Assembly: GCA_040879765.1 (NCBI GenBank)
Contig: JBBDJQ010000002.1
Coordinates: 5-64,004, forward strand
From: Candidatus Pacearchaeota archaeon
GTDB taxonomy: Archaea > Nanobdellota > Nanobdellia > Pacearchaeales > GW2011-AR1
DNA length: 64,000 bases
Direction of reading: 5' to 3'
The notes below the pieces were generated by a model. The model was not told the DNA's origin. It did not search any database and was given only the letters and a program-made list of their open reading frames with translations. The translations under genes were made by a program, and so were the position numbers. Of this stretch, positions 58,587-64,000 are shown piece by piece. Each line of letters begins with the position of its first letter. Positions within the stretch are counted from its first letter, which is position 1.

Positions 58587-59177
58587 ATGGTTTTACTGAA
58601 CAAAAAACATTTTCTTTTTTTATTTTTAGGAATTTTGCTTTCTGTTTTTCTGATAGGAAAGGTTTCCGCGGGATTCACATATTATTCTTATGAGCAACAT
58701 TACAATGTTCCAGCAGCCTACAATAAATATTATGAAAAAGAAAGTTTGTATTTCTATCCTCATGAAAAAGCCTGGGCTTCTAACCCAAGATATTATGATT
58801 ACGGAAGCGAAAAATATACAAGAAATGATTTGCATAGATACAAGGGAAAAAATTATCACACAAGCACTCCATTAAATTATAAATCATATGGAGCCTATGA
58901 TAATACTTATGGGGTTTTTGGGAGTAAGATAAATCAATATGATACTTGGGTAAAAAATAGTGAACCAAAGGCAGGATATTTTACAGTTAAATTCCATTTA
59001 TCTGATGGTGCAGGTAATAAAAGATTTGAAACAGTTACAAAATACGTAAAACCTTATGAAAGAAAACATTTCGAATATAGAAATGTATTCGATGATGATT
59101 ATGATTACTATCTTGGGTATGAAATTATTTCGCACAATAAAATTTTGAGAACAAAACATTACCCCCATTATTATTAA
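58587..59177 (+). CDS. Secreted Tyr-rich hypothetical protein
   Basis: Signal peptide ending VSA; high Tyr content. Confidence 0.7.
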   Translation: MVLLNKKHFLFLFLGILLSVFLIGKVSAGFTYYSYEQHYNVPAAYNKYYEKESLYFYPHEKAWASNPRYYDYGSEKYTRNDLHRYKGKNYHTSTPLNYKSYGAYDNTYGVFGSKINQYDTWVKNSEPKAGYFTVKFHLSDGAGNKRFETVTKYVKPYERKHFEYRNVFDDDYDYYLGYEIISHNKILRTKHYPHYY

Positions 59178-59247
59178 ACTTAATTAAAAACACAGAAGAA
59201 TTTATAAATTAAATTCTTCTTAGAAATAAAACAAAAAAAGAGGTAAA

Positions 59248-59343
59248 ATGGAAAAGGATTTAGTCGAGGAACTTCCTGGAGATGGATTTTCTGACGACGA
59301 ATTTGTGAATGATGTTGATTCCTTGGAGTTAGACTTTGACTAA
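59248..59343 (+). CDS. 31-aa acidic peptide (MEKDLVEELPGDGFSDDEFVNDVDSLELDFD), not in the ORF track
   Basis: TTTATAAA TATA box and GAGGT SD upstream. Confidence 0.6.
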   Translation: MEKDLVEELPGDGFSDDEFVNDVDSLELDFD

Positions 59344-59352
59344 CTTTCAAAA

Positions 59353-60285
59353 CTAATTCTTATTTTTAATTTTTAATTTTAATTCGTTATTTGATTTGCT
59401 GAGTTCTTCTTCATTAGATTCTATAATATAAGTTATTTCATCCACACTTAATTGAGTTATTAAAATATTTTTTAAAATTATTGTAGAACCAAAACCAATT
59501 TCTATAGGTTCAATTTCAAATTCTTTTATAATTTTTTCGTCTGCATAGAGTATTAGATTTGCTTTTTCAGATTCTTTCAAACCTTCGTTTCTTATACTAA
59601 CATTTGTATCCAGAAATTTTCCATTCATAACTGCAGAAGCCTCTTTTAAATTTAAATCAGCATGGGTTGGATAAGCATAAATTTCATTTATATTTTCTAA
59701 AATATCTTGTCCAATTTTTTGATTACAATTACTAACTGGATACATTATGCTATTTTCATTTTCAGAATGTTTATAACCAATAGAGTGAAAAATCTCATGA
59801 ATTGCTACGTTTGGAATTTTACAATCAGATTCTTTTATTAAAGTAATTTCTCCTTTTAATATAACATTAAAATTTGACGTTTGGGTTATGTTTATTGGCC
59901 CTCCTTCTCCAGCTACATACGTTGCCCCCCTTCTAACCTCTCCCATAGAACGCTCACTACAGAAAGCAGAAATATCCCCCTCAGAAATAGTCGGATAAAA
60001 TTCTAGAATGGTTAAATTAGAAATTATTGAAAACGCCTCTTTGATCCTATTTTGTTTATATAACGGGCAATCATATATTTGATAAGAAATCCTTGAATTA
60101 GGATACCTCATATTTTCATAAAATTGCATTCCAGGATTAGAAAGAGAATTGTTTAGTAAAAAATTAAAATTTCTATCAGAATCTGAACTAAATTCAGTTA
60201 TTCCAAAAGGCGTCAAAAAGTAGAATCCTATTAAAAAAATAAAAAATAGAATAAGAAAAAAACCAAAAAAAGATTTCGCCTCCAT
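59353..60285 (-). CDS. Matrixin-family (metzincin) metalloprotease with a CARDB-like C-terminus
   Basis: HEIFHSIGYKH, SIMYP Met-turn, N-terminal TM. Confidence 0.88.
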   Translation of the reverse strand: MEAKSFFGFFLILFFIFLIGFYFLTPFGITEFSSDSDRNFNFLLNNSLSNPGMQFYENMRYPNSRISYQIYDCPLYKQNRIKEAFSIISNLTILEFYPTISEGDISAFCSERSMGEVRRGATYVAGEGGPINITQTSNFNVILKGEITLIKESDCKIPNVAIHEIFHSIGYKHSENENSIMYPVSNCNQKIGQDILENINEIYAYPTHADLNLKEASAVMNGKFLDTNVSIRNEGLKESEKANLILYADEKIIKEFEIEPIEIGFGSTIILKNILITQLSVDEITYIIESNEEELSKSNNELKLKIKNKN

Positions 60286-60337
60286 TGATTTTTTAAATAA
60301 TAAATAATATAAAAAGGTTTGTTAAATATTTTAATAT

Positions 60338-60487
60338 TTATTCGCTGTCTTCTTCGTGACTATCTTTGTCGGATGAATCATCATCGCTTGAGTCATCTTC
60401 AGATGAGTCATCGCTTTCTTCGTCACTTGAAGTTTCTTCTTTCATATCTTCGTCTTTTCCTTGATTCATTTCGTTTTCTTCTTCCAT
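60338..60487 (-). CDS. 49-aa D/E/S-rich protein, not in the ORF track
   Basis: Manual translation MEEENEMNQGKDEDMKEETSSDEESDDSSEDDSSDDDSSDKDSHEEDSE; GAGG SD; 31 nt after the EF-1a stop. Confidence 0.7.
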   Translation of the reverse strand: MEEENEMNQGKDEDMKEETSSDEESDDSSEDDSSDDDSSDKDSHEEDSE

Positions 60488-60518
60488 GTGTTTCCTCGTT
60501 TTATTTAATTAAAAGATC

Positions 60519-61802
60519 TTACTTAGTCTTTGTGATTTCTGTACACATTCCGGCAGCAACTGTTTGTCCGGTGTCTCTAATTGAAAATCTAGACATATAA
60601 GGATTATCTTTTTGTGTTTCCAAAACAAGATTTCCTCTTGGTTGGATTCTAACTTTTGCCGTGTCTCCGTTTTTTAAGAAGTCTGGACTTTCCTTCACAG
60701 GCTCTCCAGTTTTTGGGTCGATTTGTGCAATTATTTCAACAATTTGGCAAGGCACTTGAGCAGTGTGCACGTGGAATACAGGAGTATATCCTTTTGCCAA
60801 AACAGTTGGGTGGTTTATAACAGTGATTGTGGCTATAAACTCTTCGACAACTGGAATTGGTTTAGTCGCATCGCAAATAACATCTCCTCTTGCAATGTCT
60901 TTCTTCCCAACCCCCCTTATATTAATCCCAACATTATCTCCTGCATCTGCAGAATCCATCATTTCATGATGCATTTCAATAGTCTTAATTTCTCCTCCAA
61001 TTCCTTTTCCAGTTCTTCCTGGTAAAACTATAGCTTTCATTCCTTTTTTCATAATCCCTGTAACAACTTTCCCTACAGGAACTGTTCCGATACCTGTAAT
61101 TTCATAAACATCTTGGACAGGCATTCTCATTGGAAGGTCTGTTGCTGGTTCAGGTGCTGGGAAAAGATCCATTTGTTCCAATATTGTTGGGCCCTTGTAC
61201 CAAGCCATTTTATCTGACTTATTAGCAATATTATCACCCTGTAGTCCCGAACATGCAATAAAGGTTGTATCTTCAGCCTTTACCCCAACTCCCCCAAGTA
61301 ATTTTGCAACATCTTCTTTAACTGCGTTGAATTTTTCTTCAGAGTATTCTACTTCGTCCATTTTGTTTATTGCAACAGCAATGTTTTTTACTCCCCCTGT
61401 TCTCAAAAGCCATAAGTGTTCTGTAGTTTGTGGTTGAACTCCTGAAGGAGCTGCGATAACCAAGAAAGCAGAATCAGCCTGTGAGGCACCGGTAATCATG
61501 TTCTTAACAAAATCCCTATGCCCAGGGGCATCAATGATTGTGATTTGAAATTTATTTGTCATAATCTTCTTGTAGGCTAAGTCGATTGTAACCCCCCTTT
61601 CTCTTTCTTCTTTAATTTTATCCATAACGTAAGCAAATTCAAAACCACCCTTTCCGTGTTTTTCTGCTTCTTGTCTAAGTTTAACCATTTCCTGTTCAGG
61701 AACAGCACCAGAATCATACATAAGTCTTCCAACCGTGGTTGACTTTCCTGCGTCAACATGTCCAACGAAGACAACGTTCATATTTGGTTTTTCTCTTGCC
61801 AT
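60519..61802 (-). CDS. tuf: Translation elongation factor EF-1 alpha
   Basis: GHVDAGKST, ERERGVTI, DAPGHRDF, NKMD. Confidence 0.97.
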   Translation of the reverse strand: MAREKPNMNVVFVGHVDAGKSTTVGRLMYDSGAVPEQEMVKLRQEAEKHGKGGFEFAYVMDKIKEERERGVTIDLAYKKIMTNKFQITIIDAPGHRDFVKNMITGASQADSAFLVIAAPSGVQPQTTEHLWLLRTGGVKNIAVAINKMDEVEYSEEKFNAVKEDVAKLLGGVGVKAEDTTFIACSGLQGDNIANKSDKMAWYKGPTILEQMDLFPAPEPATDLPMRMPVQDVYEITGIGTVPVGKVVTGIMKKGMKAIVLPGRTGKGIGGEIKTIEMHHEMMDSADAGDNVGINIRGVGKKDIARGDVICDATKPIPVVEEFIATITVINHPTVLAKGYTPVFHVHTAQVPCQIVEIIAQIDPKTGEPVKESPDFLKNGDTAKVRIQPRGNLVLETQKDNPYMSRFSIRDTGQTVAAGMCTEITKTK

Positions 61803-61877
61803 ATTAATAAATTATTTTGCGTGGTTTTTAATGAAAATATATGTTTATAAAGTTTTTGATAACCTTTTGAGTGAAAA

Positions 61878-62177
61878 TTACTCCGCTTTAGCTCTATGTT
61901 CCAATTCAGAAAGTTTTTCTCCATCTAAGTCATACTTCCAAGAACCTTTTACCAAAATATCTGTGCCCTTCTTCTCTCCAGAAATGAAAACTCTTGCATT
62001 AAAATAATCCACGTGTGGAGGGACCTTTCTACATTTTTCCCACATAATTTTTGTTGCCTCTTTTATTGCTTCCTCGTCAGAATCAGAATCAAATTTAAAT
62101 TTTCTTGAACTCTCATACGGTTTTGGATTGTCCGAAAAAATTGAGAGCTTATCATACTCTAAAATATATTCTGTCAT
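61878..62177 (-). CDS. Hypothetical protein between EF-2 and EF-1a
   Basis: 99-aa ORF. Confidence 0.65.
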   Translation of the reverse strand: MTEYILEYDKLSIFSDNPKPYESSRKFKFDSDSDEEAIKEATKIMWEKCRKVPPHVDYFNARVFISGEKKGTDILVKGSWKYDLDGEKLSELEHRAKAE

Positions 62178-62242
62178 ACAGGCACAAAGAAAAATCTATT
62201 TTTATTAATTGCTGTCTTTTAAAACATATTATAGGTTAGGTG

Positions 62243-64000
62243 TTACTGATTCTCGCCCAAACCTTTTCTGTCTCTTATTTTCTTTATGACCTCTGCTTGA
62301 ATTCCTCGTGGAATTCTCTCAAAAAGCTGGTCTGCAAGTGAGCTTGTTCCTCTTCCCTCAGTAGCAGAACGCAAATCATTAGACCATCCAATCATTTCCG
62401 AAACTGGAATTTTTGCTTTTGCTTCTGCATTTGTTCCTTCTTGTGTAACATTCAATAATTGTCCCCTCTTACTTCCAATCAATTTAGTGATTTCTCCAAG
62501 AGCCTTGTCCGGCAAATCAATAAGGTGAATTTGAACAGGCTCTAATAAATATGCATCAGCTTTTTTCATGGCCTCAGTTATTGCTTCTCTAACTGCAGGA
62601 TAAACCTGTGCTGGGCCTCTATGAATCGCATCTTCGTGAAGTTTGGTATCAACTAAAGAAACTTTCAATTTCATACAAGGTTCTTTTGCTAAAGGCCCTT
62701 GGTCAATAACCATTTCAAAAGCATCCAAGACCATTTCTATAATCTCTCCTATATGCACTTCTCCCCGAGTTTCATCTAAGAACATGTTTCCTTTATAGAT
62801 ATCTCTAACATTTCTTACCATATCTCCAGACCAACCCAATTCCAAAAGTTTTTCTGAAACTTCTTGGCTCTTCTTCTTTACTCTTCCTTCTGGTAAGTCT
62901 CCAGATTTCATAGCCTCATAAATTTCATCTTCCAAAGGTTCAACTTGTATGAAGAAAGAATTATGTTTATTGGGACTTCTACCTTCTTGGGAAGAAGATT
63001 CTTTACCTGCAGTTTCTCTATAAACAATTATTGGAAGAGAAGTTCTCACATCTAAGCCTTTTTCTGTCTTAATTCTATTTTCAATAATTTCTAAATGTAG
63101 TTCCCCCATTCCAGAAATCAAAGATTCTCCAGTTTGTTCATTAATTTCAATTTTTATTGAGGGATCTTCCTTTCCAATCTGTTTCAAAACTTCAACCAGT
63201 TTTGGCAAATCTGCAGATTTTGTTGCTTCAATAGATTTTGTAATAACTGGTTCAAATAAATGCTTTATAGATTCAAAGGGTTCAATTTCATGCTTACTTA
63301 CAGTTTCTCCAACAAAAACATTCTTTAGACCCACAACTCCAACAATATTTCCTGGTTCAACTTGGTCTACTACAATCCTTTGGGCTCCTTTATAGACGGA
63401 AACTTGCTGAATTCTTGTTTTCATTTTTGCAAGATTCATATAAACTTCATCTCCTTGTTTTAGAGTTCCTGAAAATAATCTTCCTGCTGCAACTTCTCCA
63501 GCATGTTTATCCACGACAATCTTTATTGGAACAAAGGCAACTTCTCCTTTTGGATCGCAATTAACTAAATCTTTTCCAACTTGTGATTCTGCGTCTCCGT
63601 GCCAAATCTTTGGGATCCTATAAATCTGAGCTTTTGCAGGATTTGGATGATGTTTTATAGACATTTCCAAAACAACTTCATGTAATGGCGCTTTCTTGGC
63701 TAATTCCTTATGATTATCATTTTCATAAGCATCAATTATATCTTTGAAGGTTATTCCTTTTTCTTTCATATATGGGAAACTTAAAGCCCAGTTGTGGAAT
63801 GCAGAGCCAAAAGCAACAGATCCTTCACCAACTCCAACCTTCCATTTTTCCTTGTAACCTTCTGGAGCAATGTTGCTTATCAATTCATTAATATGATCAA
63901 TTATGGAAATGAATTTTTTCTCCATTTCCTGGGGAGTTAACTTAACTTCTTTGATTAATCTATCAACCTTATTTATGAATAAAACTGGTTTTACCAATTC
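62243..64000 (-). CDS. fusA: Translation elongation factor EF-2 (5' end outside the window)
   Basis: NKVDRL, GMGELHLE, SPNKHN, HEDAIHRGPAQ (diphthamide His retained). Confidence 0.96.
   Translation of the reverse strand, partial: ELVKPVLFINKVDRLIKEVKLTPQEMEKKFISIIDHINELISNIAPEGYKEKWKVGVGEGSVAFGSAFHNWALSFPYMKEKGITFKDIIDAYENDNHKELAKKAPLHEVVLEMSIKHHPNPAKAQIYRIPKIWHGDAESQVGKDLVNCDPKGEVAFVPIKIVVDKHAGEVAAGRLFSGTLKQGDEVYMNLAKMKTRIQQVSVYKGAQRIVVDQVEPGNIVGVVGLKNVFVGETVSKHEIEPFESIKHLFEPVITKSIEATKSADLPKLVEVLKQIGKEDPSIKIEINEQTGESLISGMGELHLEIIENRIKTEKGLDVRTSLPIIVYRETAGKESSSQEGRSPNKHNSFFIQVEPLEDEIYEAMKSGDLPEGRVKKKSQEVSEKLLELGWSGDMVRNVRDIYKGNMFLDETRGEVHIGEIIEMVLDAFEMVIDQGPLAKEPCMKLKVSLVDTKLHEDAIHRGPAQVYPAVREAITEAMKKADAYLLEPVQIHLIDLPDKALGEITKLIGSKRGQLLNVTQEGTNAEAKAKIPVSEMIGWSNDLRSATEGRGTSSLADQLFERIPRGIQAEVIKKIRDRKGLGENQ

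Noticed and set aside
60319..60600. 93-aa plus-strand ORF
   Set aside because: Antisense shadow of the acidic ORF and the tuf 3' end

Overview
AT-rich archaeal chromosome segment, most consistent with a DPANN archaeon. Pacearchaeota/Woesearchaeota-like is an inference from the fused Rpo1, thermosome, EF-1a/EF-2, BHB-type tRNA introns and interspersed ORFans. In order, the window holds: (1) an Lhr helicase - HEAT protein - metallophosphoesterase operon whose HEAT protein looks like one half of eukaryotic deoxyhypusine hydroxylase; (2) a solo RecB/Cas4-like nuclease; (3) an approximately 6.6 kb copper-handling cluster (CopA, ArsR, CopG/DUF411 and about 8 small Cys/His/Met-motif membrane proteins); (4) an nrdR-nrdJ-dcd-dcd-thyA-folA-trx dNTP locus preceded by tandem NrdR boxes; (5) tRNA-Lys and rpo5-rpo2-rpo1(fused)-nusA; (6) a sufBSUC-FNR operon; (7) a 14.5 kb pentose-phosphate/glycolysis supercluster with a candidate Azf-type G6P dehydrogenase; (8) intron-containing tRNA-Gly and tRNA-Tyr, the latter intron apparently pseudoknotted; (9) thermosome, surface proteins, tiny hyper-acidic ORFs, EF-1a and a partial EF-2. 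No CRISPR array, rRNA or intact transposase was seen. All calls come from motif recognition by eye; no database search was run.
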